64,000 nt of DNA from Sphaerodactylus townsendi (Eukaryota). Below, one piece after another: positions 1 to 12,720 of the stretch. Each line of letters begins with the position of its first letter. Position 1 is the stretch's first letter. The position numbers were made by a program, and so were the translations under genes. The notes beneath the pieces are model-generated. The model was not told where the DNA came from and made no database searches. It worked only from the letters and a program-made list of their open reading frames with translations. The stretch lies in NCBI RefSeq assembly GCF_021028975.2, contig NC_059427.1, positions 141,422,001-141,486,000 of the forward strand. Reading direction: 5' to 3'.

Positions 1-174
1 GAGGTGGAGTAGTGGAGAGTCAAACCCAGTTCTCCTGATTGGAATCCACCTGATAACCACTACACCACACTGGATCTCAGTACCATGCTGGCTCTCAGTA
101 GACATCCAAATGTCAGAGCTAGGAAGCAATCCCAAAGTTTTGTCCTTTGTGCCCTGTTTGTTAGTCCTCTAGGG

Positions 175-574
175 CAGTGATGGCGAACGTTTTCGAGACC
201 AAGTGCCCAAATTGCAACCCAAAACCCACTTATTTATCTCAAACACGGCAATTTAACCTGAATACTGAGGTTTTAGTTTAGAAAAAACGGTTGGCTCCAA
301 GGCGCATGTTACTCGGGAGTAAGCTTGGTGAAGCAGCCGTGCAACGCTTTGAATGGGTGAATCATTACCTTAGGAGGGTTTACTCAGAAGCAAGCCCCAT
401 TGCCAGCAACCGAGCTTACTCCCAGGTAAAGGATCGTGCCCAGGCTAGCCTAGATGTGTGTGTGGGGGTGTGTGATTTTCCACCCCCCCGCATGATGAAC
501 TCTGTGCCCGTGTGCCTACAGAAAGGGCTCCGAGTGCCATCTCTGGCACCCATGCCATAGGTTCGCCGCCACTG
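175..574 (+). mobile_element. Non-autonomous hAT element (CAGTGATGGCGAAC termini)
   Basis: TIRs cagtgatggcgaac / gttcgccgccactg. Perfect 8-bp TSD ctctaggg (167-174, 575-582). Related copy at 63236. Confidence 0.9.
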
Positions 575-3500
575 CTCTAGGGTGATGGCTGGCCACCGTG
601 TGAGGAATTTTGTGGGGTTGCCACAAGTCCAGTGTGCAGGGCAGGGAATCTATGCAATGAGCTGCAAGCTGCATTACATCCTGGCTGTGCTTTTCTGTTC
701 CTTCCTGACTACAGTTCAAAGCCAGAGGTGCACACCTTTTGGTGTGAGCTGAAGGAATCTTTGCTTTTGGCACTCAAGCCCACGGCCCCTGCATGAATCA
801 AAGCCTGCCTTGGATGTGGTTTTCTGCTCTTTTTACCCCTGGCTTTTTATTTGAATTGTATTTTATTTGTTTAAATTGCCTGTTGATTTAAATTACACTT
901 AGATGATTGCTGGGTGACCTTGGGCCAGTCACAGCTCTCTCAGAATTCTCTCAGAAACAGGCAGTGGCAAATCACCTCTGAATGTCTCTTGCTTTGAAAA
1001 TCCTGTGGGGTTGCCACAAGTCAGCTGTGAGGCAAAAAGTGGGGCAAAAAATAGGCTAAATAAATAAAGAAATTGCTTTCACCCTCTCGAGCGTAATGCT
1101 CAGAGACACTCATGTTACATGCCACTCACATCCTTGGCTCAGGGAGGAAACAGATACGACATGCAATTGTTTGTCATGTTTTCCCAGTAAGAATAAGAAG
1201 CAGCTTTGGGAGGCTGTGATCTGTAGAGAATGCTTACTATTTTCCCCACCAGCTGTTTTTCTGCTCAAAGTTCTTACACGCACATAAGCCTATTTTCGCC
1301 TGCCCCTGTCTAGTTTTGACTTTATACACCCAGTTGAACAATCAGGCTCTGATTTAACATTTAAACAATGCTTCTTGCTCCTTTCCTGTTTAAATTCATC
1401 TCACCAACATTATGCTTAAAAGCTGTCAGACTTTTAAAGAAACTTGAATGTTTATGAACGTCCTGCAGTACCTCCTCACCAGCTGACCAACTGGCTATGA
1501 GATCTCATTCAAACCAACTGAGGCCAGAACTATTATAGCCCAAAGCAACAGAAACTTCAGAAACTTCAGCCTGTGTAATTTCAGATGGGGGAGGGATTTG
1601 ATTAGCAAAACTGTTTCACGCCAAATAAACGCTTCAGAAAGCGTTGGAAGCCAGGCTAAAATTGTACTCTGGGATACACAGTCTAAAATATAGGAGTAAA
1701 AGAGTTGTTGTTCCAATGCAGTAAAGACATTGAAGTCCTTCTGTACTAGTAGATAATGGACATGGTTATATAATGGTAAGGATGTTTCCTTGTGACTTCA
1801 GCAAGCTTAGTGTTGGAATGTGGTTTAGTGTGGGTGCCCTGTTCCTGCCAACAACATCTCACATGCTTAGCCCTACTTCCTATTTACATAATATAGCCAC
1901 AATAGCAAGGGGACAACATGCATACATTTGGCCGTATTTGTTTTATGGCATCCAGTAATTCAATAACGAAAACAGGGATACAGTTTTAATCTTGGGACTC
2001 AATTTCCTTGTGCATGACAGTTCTCCCAATGCATAGGTATGCTCAGCAGAAAGAATGTCACTTGGCAAAGATCAGTTTTCCAGTCTTTGAGGCAGTCTGA
2101 CAGAATGGCCCCTGGCTGAACTCACTAACTCCACAGGGTCTCACCCAAAGGGTCACAGGCTATAGGGTTACCAACTGACCTGGAAAACAATGCAGCTCGG
2201 TTTGCTCTTGTGCCTCTCGCATCATTTTGGTGAGCAGAAACCAGCAGATGAAGCTGGTAAACATTTTCATCTGGCAATGTCCTTCATCAAGCGGTTCTTT
2301 GAGGCATACAGGTCAGGATGGCAGCCCTGCTAGGCCAAGAGCAGTTAGGAAAATACTTGAGTGGGCTTAGATGCCAGAAACTTTGTACAACCCTGTAACA
2401 GCCCCATAACAGCAGTACCTATGGCACCTTAAATACTAATACAATTTATTCCATTGTAAGAAGAACATGGATTTGCTTCCTTTTACTCCTTCCTCCCTGT
2501 TCCTTTTTGTTCATGTATATTTGTGTCTGGGGCTGTGGGCTGAGGTACCTTCAGAGAGTGGCGGGGTGGGGGGAGTGTTGAGCCTCTGGGTATTACGATA
2601 AAGGGTCTTATTTGCAATTCTCCTTCATTGACCAAATCCCATGTTTCCACACATGGTCTCCAATGAGGAGGTTATAGGTTGTCCTGGTCAGGACAGTCAA
2701 CAGCACCCCCCCCACACACACACACACCAGCTTAATCACTCCACTCTCCCTTTCTTCTGGTCAGTTCTTATCTGCCATCCCCCTCCCCCCTCCCTAAGTT
2801 GCTCTCCCATCTTAACATCCTTCCACAATAACCAGCCATGTTCTCCATACTCCTGCCCCACCCTCCTGGCTTCTGGAATCCCACCACATTCCTAGTAGGA
2901 TGTCCTCTCCATGTACCTTCAGCATGTGGGTCAGTCACCATTGTCTGAGTTCCCAGCTAGGCCCTGCATTTTTGCTGTTTTCCTCTCAATGTCCCGAGGT
3001 CAGGTCTGCCCCAGTCAGGGTTTGCGGTGCCCTGCAGCTGGCCCACCAGGCCCCCTTGAAGCAGTATTATATTGCAGATAACTATTACCAATTGTAACTT
3101 GCCTTGACTGCCACGGCAGAGAGGCGTTATAGACATGTATGAAGGTAGGAAACATGGATCTGTATGCTAAGAATGTTGCAAGTCAGCCTAGGTTCACAAG
3201 ATTATATCCTGCAATGTTCCTATGACTGGTATACTTGCATCTAGTGTTCACCAGTGTCAGAGAGATTGGACTGGGCTGGTCCAATGGAGTGATCCACTGC
3301 AATATGTGCTGTGCAAATGCACAAATCCACTTACAAACATTGAGGCGCACCAACGCAAACATTCGCATCTACATCCTCTCCAGGATTCAGTAGTGTAACT
3401 TGGATAAATTCAGGGGGGCACTCTCTCTGGATTCAACCTGAATAGAATGCATAATGGGTACCCAAGGCTGTATAATATATTGCCAGTGATTAAAAGCACA

Positions 3501-4210
3501 GTTAATAATATGACGTTCCCAGGTGTAGTAAGGACAGCAGCTCAAGCAGTCGCACTTGGAGGCTGTGTTCAGAAAGCTAGTGATTATCCAAACAGGGTAA
3601 AAGCATGCTCAGCCACTATTAGAAATACTAAACAGTAACAGTCAGTTGCTTTTCTTTTATTTTACTCAAGAATACCTCTTGAATGGGAGAGAACTGGGCA
3701 GTGAGAACTTAGAATTTCAGCAGCAGGTGATTTAAAGATCCGCAAGCATTCTTAACTCAGCCTGATTCTGGTGTCTTGGCACAGAGCTGGGAACAGAAAT
3801 GACCGAGGCACAGGGGGACTTGAAAAACTGCAGCAGGAGAGATCTGCGCTTTTGCTGCTCGGAACCAACCAGAGTTTGGCTAAGGATCAACTAGCCTGTG
3901 CAACCATGCTGGGATTTGACTTTGAGCAAGGAGAGGAACACCACTGTGCAATCCTTTCTCCACCTCAACCGAGTGGACTGTGGGGCCTTGTGATCCCTGG
4001 GAGAAAATGCACAGCACATTCTGCCATCCAGTTCTGGGATCTTTAGTGTATGTGTCACCCTCTTGCTACTGGGGTAACTGCACAATTTCCCATGGGCTCT
4101 GTATTCCCATTTTTTCTCCTACGCCCCCACCTCCCCTCCCCCCCCCCCCGCCTGGGTCGCCTCTAGCCCCTTCTGAAACATTCCCCAACAACTTTCACCC
4201 CCCTCCACTG

Positions 4211-4293
4211 GTTGCCAGGCAACTTTGTTTACAGCGTAATTTGGATGAATGGAATCCCAGGCAGAGCAGGCAAGGGGCTGGTTGCTATGCAAC
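4211..4293. promoter_or_regulatory. Paired RFX X-box motifs with an adjacent forkhead site
   Basis: GTTGCCAGGCAAC (4211-4223), TGTTTAC (4226-4232), GTTGCTATGCAAC (4281-4293). Function inferred only. Confidence 0.55.
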
Positions 4294-6674
4294 CAGAAGC
4301 CTCCCAATTATAGCAATGGCGCTATTCCACCCACCACACCTTGCTTCCTATGACCTGCTCAAAGGATCTGGGAAGACTTGCTTTGGGGAAAGGAGGTGAC
4401 ATCAAAAAGCTGGAGCATTTCCAGTGGAGAGTTCCTGCCTCAGATAATTCCACTTTTGCTTCCTTTTTACCAGGTGTGGAAAATTGAGATGGGAAAGTTG
4501 AGTTGTCACAACCACACCTGGCAGGATATTGTTCAGTTCCAGCAAAGGGCGCTGTAGCAAAGAGAATGAATTGACTGAGGACCCCTCCCCAGGACCAAAT
4601 CTGTTATGACCCTGTGAAAAAAGTTGTAATGATGTCCAGTGAGTCACACATTCTTGTTGTTCTACTGTTGCCTTTGGTCAACAGGTATTGTAGGAAATTA
4701 CACAAAACCCTGTTTACCAGAGGGGAAGGTGGAATGAGTGCATAACACTGTAGTCACAATTCCTCTTTCAAGCCACCTTCAGCTCTCTGAAAAACCTCTT
4801 CAGTCTTCTGAAGAGTGGGGTGTTGGTGAAATAAATAGAAATTACATCTGGATTTGTTGGTGTGGGGCAAGGATTATCAAGAGCCCTGTAACCCAGGAGT
4901 TCTGTAGATGCTACACAGGAAAAAATAACAGTTATTTTGAATTCTGAAATGGATTTAGGCAGCTTTCAATATCCCCATCTGCGCTGTGGTTTCTCTCTGT
5001 CTTCCTATTGCTGGAGTCCTGGCTTATTTAGACCCGGGGAGTTCTGGATGGGCTGCATCTTTGAACGAAACCCGGAGGGACAACATTCATTTGCAGAAGG
5101 GCAGTTTCTTGCTTCTGGTACTGTTGCTGCTGTTTTAAGCTTGGCAGAAAGCAAAGCAAATAGAGTTACAAATAAGTGACTCTGCATTTCCACAGAAGCC
5201 AGCCAATGGAAGCGGAGCACCACTAAATCTAATAGTTCAAAATGAGAGTGGAGTCAAGACTGCAGTCTGTCCCTCCTGCTCTCTGGAATGGAAGGAGGGT
5301 CTCGCTTCAGGAAAATCTAGAGTTGCCCTCCCTTATCAGAAATTTGCAAATATACAGAGAAGGACATCTTGAGGCAAAGGCTGGGTCCTTTTTTTTTTTA
5401 AGTGGGTGCAACTTCACGCAAGTAATTTTCATTTTTATACAAACTTTGTTTAATTGATACAGTTGAAGTTTTTCAAGGGCAGTGCTATCCAGAGAGGGAG
5501 ACAGCCAAGCTGCAACCAGAGATGGTCCTGTTGAGGCACCTCTTAAGGGGTTTGTCCGTGGTCAGCCTCGTGGCCAGCCCCAGGATAGCACTGGAAAAAG
5601 CAGGGAACAGGAATGTTGGCAAAGGAGTACCAGTGTGGAGGGAGCAGGGCTGGGGGCGGGGCATGACCAACAGATCACCTGACAATTAGGGGGTGCGAAG
5701 GAATGGGAAGAAGCAAGATGCTGATGCCAGCCCAGGGGTGGGGAGGGTTCAGGCAAAGGAGGGCAGTGGAAGGGGTCACCCTCACACATCCCTGGAGGGG
5801 AGCAATACAGAGTGGGGAGGGGCACGCCCCCATGGGCGGGCAGGCCTGGGCAAAACACTAGGGGACTGCGAAGGCACTAGGGGGAGCAACAAGGTCAATG
5901 GCCACTCCACTGGCCTGAGGGATCACCATGCTGGCAAAGATAATCTCTCTGGACAGTTTGAGGTGATGACACTGGTGGGCAGGTGGATGCTGCCATCACA
6001 GGAGCCCACAGACAGTGTGAGAGGCCGTCCAAGACCCCTTCCATCTGTGCCTGCCCTCAGCATCAGGCCACCACATGGCAAGCAGAGCTTTAAGGTGGCC
6101 AGAGGCAATCGTGACAGTGTCCAACAAACCCTCCAACCAACAATCCACCTTGGAGGAAGGATCTGCAGCAGCCCTCCAGGTGCTCCTTCTCAGTGGCCAC
6201 CCACATCAACAACAGTTTCGAGGGGCTGGGCTGGTTGGGGGCCCACCCGGCCCAGTGCTTGTGGCCCAGACATGGGGCCAGATGGAGTTCCTTGGAGGTT
6301 TCCCAGCACGTGACCGCCTGTGGCAATTTACAAATCTTGGGTCAGGATTCATATTTGGGGGACTAATGGGGACATTTGGGATAGTAGGCAGCCCCATCTT
6401 GCGACTTGCAAGAGCTTGCAAGAGCCTCCAGAGGAAAGCTGTTTGTTAATAGTAACTCTGCTTAGATATCTCCAGCATACTCAGACCCTTTAAAAACAGT
6501 ACAAAGTGAATAGGAATCAAACCTAACCTTAAGTGGTTAGATCAGTGGTACTCATTCTACAGCTTGTAAAGAGCCAAATTCATAATTACTATTAACCAGA
6601 GGAGCCACATAACCACTGTGTGTCCTGAGTGCTACCCCACCAAACACACAATATAATAATATAAGAAATAACTA

Positions 6675-6906
6675 CCCTGTTTCCCCTAATATAAGCCATC
6701 CCCCAAAAATAAGACATAGTAGAGGTTTTGCTGAAGTGCAAAATATAAGGCATCCCCCAAAAGTAAGACGTAGCAAAGTTTTTGTTTGGAAGCATGCCCG
6801 ACAAACAGAACACAGAATAATAAGACATCCCCTGAAAATAAGACATAGCGCATCTTTGGGAGCAAAAATTAATATAAGACACTGTCTTATATTCGGGGAA
6901 ACACGG
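6675..6906. mobile_element. Tc1/mariner-superfamily MITE
   Basis: TIRs ccctgtttcccctaatataag / cttatattcggggaaacacgg, flanked by TA on both sides. Internal aaaataagac subrepeats. Confidence 0.85.
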
Positions 6907-7330
6907 TATTAATGGTAACTATAACCTTTTTAAGTTACTGGATTAGCATAAGCATAAGCATTTTTTTGTCATTGTGCACAGGCTCCAGAAAGCTTCAATG
7001 GGCATCCAGCCTCCACCAGGTCCTGAGTCAGAAGCTGGGCTGCTATTGAACAACAGTGACTCCACCCACTGTATTAAGCCACCCTCCTCAGCCACCCCTG
7101 AGGACCCAGCAATGTGAAGTGTGGAGGAACGGGACCATAGTGGGCAGAGCACAGGACCGTACACAACCACAGTGCAGGCCACCAGACTTCGCTCAGCCAG
7201 GACAAGCATCCACAGGTGCTTGATAATGTTACCGCCAGGAAAATATAAAAAAATATTTTCCAAAGCCTACCGCCAGACTGAACTGCCTAAGGACCACCAA
7301 GACCACCATTGGACCGTTTGAACTTTCTTT

Positions 7331-7796
7331 TGTTGTGGGACTGAGGTGCAGGAGCCTCAGGACATAACTCAAGGAAGCAGCCCATCTGATAACCAGATTC
7401 CTGGGTGCATTAACAGTGTCACCCAGTTTTATGAATGGACACTCTTCACTCCCTGTTTCTGCACTACCGTAAAGTCTTGCTGGAAGACGCTTGACAGCGA
7501 GATCTCATGGTTCCATTCACAAAGTTGTAACTGTACCTTTCTTTTATGTGTTGATGTTTCTTTATTGTTGCAAAGTGAGGGGCCTGCCCCCTTACCTGCC
7601 CCCTTGCCCTCCTTTGATGTTCGTGTATAAAAGGTCCTGCGTTTGGCTACAGCGGGGCGGTCCTTTGCCTGAGCTGTATCGATCACTTTCGAATAAAGGT
7701 AGTCTGTTTTTGAGGAACACCGGCTTCCTGTGCCTCACTACGTTGCCTGAACTAAAATCGCTTAATGTTACCCGAGCAGCAGCGGTAACAATAACA
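7331..7796 (+). mobile_element. LTR-like segment (possible solo LTR)
   Basis: TGTT...AACA ends, TATAAAA at 7626, AATAAA at 7692, locally CpG-rich. No TSD found and the left edge is uncertain. Confidence 0.5.
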
Positions 7797-7905
7797 GAAG
7801 GTTGAATGCCAGGGAAACAGCAATCTCAGCTGCAACAAAGGCTCACAACAATGCATCCCTGGTGAGACCACATCCCTGTCAAAACACCCCCTGCATGTAC
7901 TGCAT

Positions 7906-8177
7906 GAGAGCCAGTGGGGTTTAGTGGTTAAGAGCAGGTGTACTCTAATCTGGAGAACCGGGTTTGATTCCCCGCTCTGCCACTTGAGCTGTGGAAGTTT
8001 ATCTGGTGAACTAGATTAGCTTGTGCACTCCAACACAAGCCAGCTGGGTGACCTTGGGCTAGTCACAGTTCCTCAGAGCTCTCTCAGCCCCACCTACCTC
8101 ACAGGGTGTTTGTTTTGAGGGGGGAAGGAAAAGGAGTTTGTAAGCCCCTTTGAGTCTCCTTACAGGAGAAAAAAAGG
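7906..8177 (+). mobile_element. tRNA-derived SINE (Squam3-like), running into an assembly gap
   Basis: A-box/B-box-like head and body shared with copies at 18340, 28468, 30827 and 49240. Confidence 0.88.
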
Positions 8178-8325
8178 NNNNNNNNNNNNNNNNNNNNNNN
8201 NNNNNNNNNNNNNNNNNNNNNNNNNNNNNNNNNNNNNNNNNNNNNNNNNNNNNNNNNNNNNNNNNNNNNNNNNNNNNNNNNNNNNNNNNNNNNNNNNNNN
8301 NNNNNNNNNNNNNNNNNNNNNNNNN
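8178..8325. other. Assembly gap (148 N)
   Basis: Run of N. Confidence 1.
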
Positions 8326-8504
8326 TGCCTCCATGGTGGCTCACTCAAGGCCCTTGACAGCCAATGTCTCCATTGGCTTGAACCCAGGGTGGAGGAGGAC
8401 ACCAGTGTTGGAAGTAACAATGTCTAGTTTGCAAAGGAATTTAGAAGAAGATCCAGCAGAGAGAAGGCAAGTGGTCAGCTAGAGGGGGCTGTAAGGTTTG
8501 AGAC

Positions 8505-8878
8505 CAGAGGTGGGATCCAGCAGGTTCTCACAGGTTCCTGAGAGTAGGTTACTAATTATTTGTGTGTACTGAGAGGGGGTTACTAATTGGTGATTTTGCC
8601 ACGTGATGCCCCTCCCCTCAGCAGTAGCGCACAGAACTTGAAGCAGTCTAGCAGGAGGTGCACTGGCGTGCGTGGCAGCCTGCGCCTGCGTGCATTCGTT
8701 TCCCACCCAAGGACCAGCGCAGCGGCTGCGTCCTTGCCACAGCCCCGCCCAGGAATGCCCCCCCAGAACGCCCGGCCACGCCCCCGTTGTGCCCCACCCA
8801 GCCCCACTGGCGCTACGCCACAGTTTGAATCCCACCATCATGGGAACCTGTTACTAAAATTTTTGGACCCCACCACTG
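8505..8878. mobile_element. Non-autonomous hAT element (CAGTGGTGGGAT-type termini)
   Basis: Termini cagaggtgggatcca / tggaccccaccactg. Perfect 8-bp TSD tttgagac (8497-8504, 8879-8886). Confidence 0.88.
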
Positions 8879-9005
8879 TTTGAGACCCTTCCATCCTTTT
8901 GGGTCACGTCTTGTCTGTCCTTAGACTGGCACTCTTCTCCTTGGAAATTACCTTCTCCCTTCTTCCTTAGGCTTGCAAGGTAGCTGCTAGGTTTGACAGG
9001 GATGG

Positions 9006-9487
9006 TGTAGGGATGAGCTGCTGACCCAGCAGCACCGTAAGTAGAGCGCTGGAACACCGGCGCTCCTACGGTCTTCTGGTCGCACCGCTCCCCCACCCCT
9101 CACCCCCCGATGAGTCACAGGTCATGAACTGCCTGGCTCACAACCACCGGGTGTCCCAGACAAGGGACAATGGTCTTGCCCCCAGGTGAGGATTAGGCCC
9201 AGACGCTGATGCTCCTCTCCGCACGTAGCAGCCAGGTGAGATCATGCATCACATGATGATCTCTCAGTCCCCCGCTCTCCCGCTCTCCCGGATTTCCCCC
9301 CCGATCCGCCCTTCTACACGCCCCCGCTATAATCATTATAAAAGGTGCCAGGAACCTGCAGCACGCGGCAGAGTCACGCTTAGGGAACATCGGACACCAC
9401 GCTGCCTCCCGCTGCTGGCGCTCTCCACCAGATGAAACCTCCGCGTCTCGCCTCTTCCTTAGCGACGACCCTGCGGGGATGACTACA
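9006..9487 (+). mobile_element. Solo LTR, 482 bp, with 6-bp TSD
   Basis: TGTAG...CTACA inverted ends. ggatgg at 9000-9005 and 9488-9493. TATAAAA at 9337. CpG-rich. Confidence 0.85.
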
Positions 9488-10439
9488 GGATGGGGCCTTT
9501 GCCGTTGCTACATTGGCCCCTCCAGCTCATGCCTTGTGCTGCTGCCAGTGCCAGGCCTTGTTGGTGGGTTGTCCTTGGCATCCTCTCAAGGGGGGCAGTG
9601 CTCCTCTGAAACATAAAGGCTGTCTGTGGGGACGCAGCAACCCATGAACGTGGGGGCACCCTTGCTTTGTGACCATCAGGAAAGGCACATCACTGAGGGT
9701 CATGAGGAACAGCTGCCCTGCCACCTCATCCCCCTCTTCTGCCCAAGCCCCATGGCATCACACCATCTGTTGGCAGGGGCACAGGCAACATGTAGACTCC
9801 AGACTGTCCTCTGATGCTGGAAAGCACTCAAGCTGCTGGCCCCACACAGGCTGCTGATGCTGGTAGAGGGAGGCAGGGCAGAAAGGTGACTTGGGGAGCA
9901 TGTTGGTTGACTTACCTGCCTGGTGCCTGCTGTGTCCTGGCTATGCTCCTGTTGTACATGTAACAGGTGGACTTTGCTCTCCCAGGGAGGTTTTCATGCA
10001 AAGTGCTTGCCCTGTTGTGCTAGGAGCTCCCTCTGTGCTCTGCCCAACACCACAAGTTTCACCCCATTTGCTTTAAGTCCAGATAGCTGGGAGGAGCTGA
10101 TGGGCATCGTCCCATCTCATGCACCCCATCATATGTAGTTCTTCTTCTGACTTGTTCAGGTGGTGGTTTTCAAAGATTAGGGGGTCCGGCCATTGGTTTC
10201 TGGGGAAAGTGCTGGGTCAGTACTTTAGGATTCTCCATTGGACACAGTTCTAATCAGGATCCTGAGCACTTGTGGGTGTGCTGCACCAATTTGGGCAGGT
10301 GGGTGGGGCCCTATGGGCTGTGTGCCTCCTTTTGGCAGGTGTACATTTATGCCTGTGAGAGTGGGTGTTCCCATGGCAAAACACCTCTGTTGGCTCCTCC
10401 CTTAGGTTTGCCACCTTTTGCACTGGTTTTGCGATGGTG

Positions 10440-10955
10440 CTGATCCCCTGCCACCCCAGAATATCTTTGTTATTCAACAACCATCAAAGATGAAAAAGTT
10501 AATCTTTTTTACTTTTGCATTTCCAACAAGTTTTTAGATGGTATTCCTCCTTTTTACCATCCTATTAGGGTTAAATACCCTCTAACGTCACTATAGATCT
10601 TCTTGTGTTTATATTGTGAGCATGCATTAATTTCCTTGTGCAACCACGCCATTCTTCATTCATAATATTAATTTGTAGATCTCTTCCTTATCTTGCCTTA
10701 AGAGGTAAAGGATTTTTCTCTGAATGTATTAACAATCATATATAGTGTCTATCAATTTAGATTCTCTTTCTGGTTCATAAATTATATTTTCAAAATCTTT
10801 TAAATCCAGAATAATTCATTTGCTGTTGACTTGCAGTTATAAATCTTCTAATTTGCCAATATTGATATTCCAAGACATAAATATCCCCTGCCTTCTCTCA
10901 GTTAATTGTACATAAAATATTCTTTGACATAATCCACTGGTCTGATTAAACCTAA
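10440..10955 (-). mobile_element. Decayed L1-clade LINE ORF2 fragment
   Basis: T-rich plus strand. Minus-strand translation is broken but resembles the post-RT region of L1 ORF2. Edges approximate. Confidence 0.5.
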
Positions 10956-11384
10956 CCCTGTCCATACACTGAACACACCTTGATCAAAAGCTTCATAAAA
11001 AAGTTTCCAGCATTTATCTCAAACTTGTACTGAAGTCTTCCAAATATTATTTCCTTGCAGTGGTCTGTTTGCCCTCTCTGGGACACTTCCCCCTGTGGAG
11101 CAGGTGGGCACATGGGCAGCCACCCATCCCTCAGTTCTGCCATAGCAAAACTTGGAAGACTGGGCAGTGGCGAGGCTGTGCTGGCACCCTGAAGTCGCTA
11201 ACATGCGGGGGTGGGGGGAAGAGAAGCAGGCCAGGGCATTCCTGGGGGTTCCCTTCCAGGGTTTCAGGCCAGGAGCATGGTGCCATGGCTCTTGGACTTA
11301 TGCTACTCTGCATGATGTATGTCCTGTAAGCCCTATGGGGTTTTCGGGGGATGGTGGTGGTGGTGTTTGGAGCTTTTTTTTGCT

Positions 11385-12720
11385 CCTTTTTAAAAAAAAT
11401 TATTGATATTTTGGATTGTTATAGATTTATGCTATACATCTTTATGTTTCATCCTCCATATCCTTTTATCCCCTTTCCCCCCCGTCCCCCCTCTTCTTTT
11501 CTTCTTTAAATGTGCAGCAGCAGGTCCATTCTTTCTAGTCTTCTTTTCCAGTTTTCTTCTGTGATTCCAATTTCATTTAACCAGTCTTTGAATTCAGTTC
11601 AGATCTATATCATATCCTTTTGTTTTTCTTGCCATATTTGGTTTCTTGACATTATGTCAAAAATTTCTAATTGTACTTGTTCCCAAATATATTCCAACCA
11701 TTTCTGTGTTGTCCAGAATCTTTTGTCTTTCCACCCTAATGCTATTACTGCATGGGCCGCTCTGATCATAAGTTTAAATAGCATTCTCTTTCTTTGTTCT
11801 ATTATTGTATATTCCAGTATACCTAAAAATAATAGATCTATGTTTATCTTTATTTTTACTTTCACATATTTTTCGATATACATTGTAACATTTTCCCACA
11901 GGTGTTTTGTAATTCTCTTTGGACATTCTAACCACATATGGGTATAAATTGCATTTTTATCCCCACAATGCCAACATTTCGGGTTGAGTCCACATATCAT
12001 ATATGCCAATTGTTTCGGTGTTCTGTACCATTTTAACATTAGTTTCTTCTCCAATTCTGCATATTTCTCTATTTTTATCTTATTTGTTTTCTATTATTTG
12101 TTTTATAAAATCTATATCTTTTATTCCATCTTGTTGCCATTTTTCCATTACAACTCTTACCATAAACTCTTGGTCTTCTATCATATATTTATATAGAACT
12201 CCTAGCATTTTTCCTTTCCTTTCATCATATATTTTTATACACTTTTTCATTATACAATCTCCTTTTATCCTGGAAACTTTTATCTTTTCCCAAATGCCTC
12301 TTAATACCAACCAGTTCTCAGTGCCTCCTTTTTCCATAAAATGTGGAAACGTTATCAAATCCCCTCTTTCATTATACAAATGTGCTACTTTTTGTAGTCC
12401 TTGTCTTTGTAGAGATCTTATTACTTGGCCTCCCTCCTTACCGACCATGCTCCCTATTGGTGCCATGTCCAGAGTCCCTGGCATCCATTTCCCTTTCCAT
12501 TTCTCCCAAATCTCTTTTTTTGCTCCTTGCACCTCTGGAAAGCCCTCTGGGGGGAGGCAGGGCAGGACCATATTGGCACCATGTCCCGCTGACTCCGGCT
12601 TTGGGTGGGGCAGTCTTTTTTCTAAACTGTCTTTTTTCTAAACTGAAAAACTCAACCCTTCCATCATTTTGGTCATCCTTTTGTATACTCTATGATATCT
12701 TCTGAGAAATACTGATACTG
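11385..12720 (-). mobile_element. L1-clade LINE, 5'-truncated (ORF2 C-terminus and 3' UTR)
   Basis: Minus ORFs 12080-12571 and 11605-12054. The latter has KWYRTP..L and CWHC-x8-HMWLEC, the CCHC knuckle of L1/Tx1 ORF2. A-rich end near 11390. Confidence 0.85.

Noticed and set aside
5479-6400. 206-aa ORF (5693-6313) and the surrounding GC-rich block; a similar-looking block at about 9490-10430
   Set aside because: No recognisable domain or splice structure. Probably decayed retroelement sequence, but I could not classify it.
8059-8482. ORFs spanning N runs (also 56730-57264)
   Set aside because: Artefacts of assembly gaps.
11510-12705. Plus-strand hydrophobic ORFs (145, 212 and 120 aa) that look like membrane proteins
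   Set aside because: Antisense shadows of the A-rich L1 ORF2 on the minus strand.
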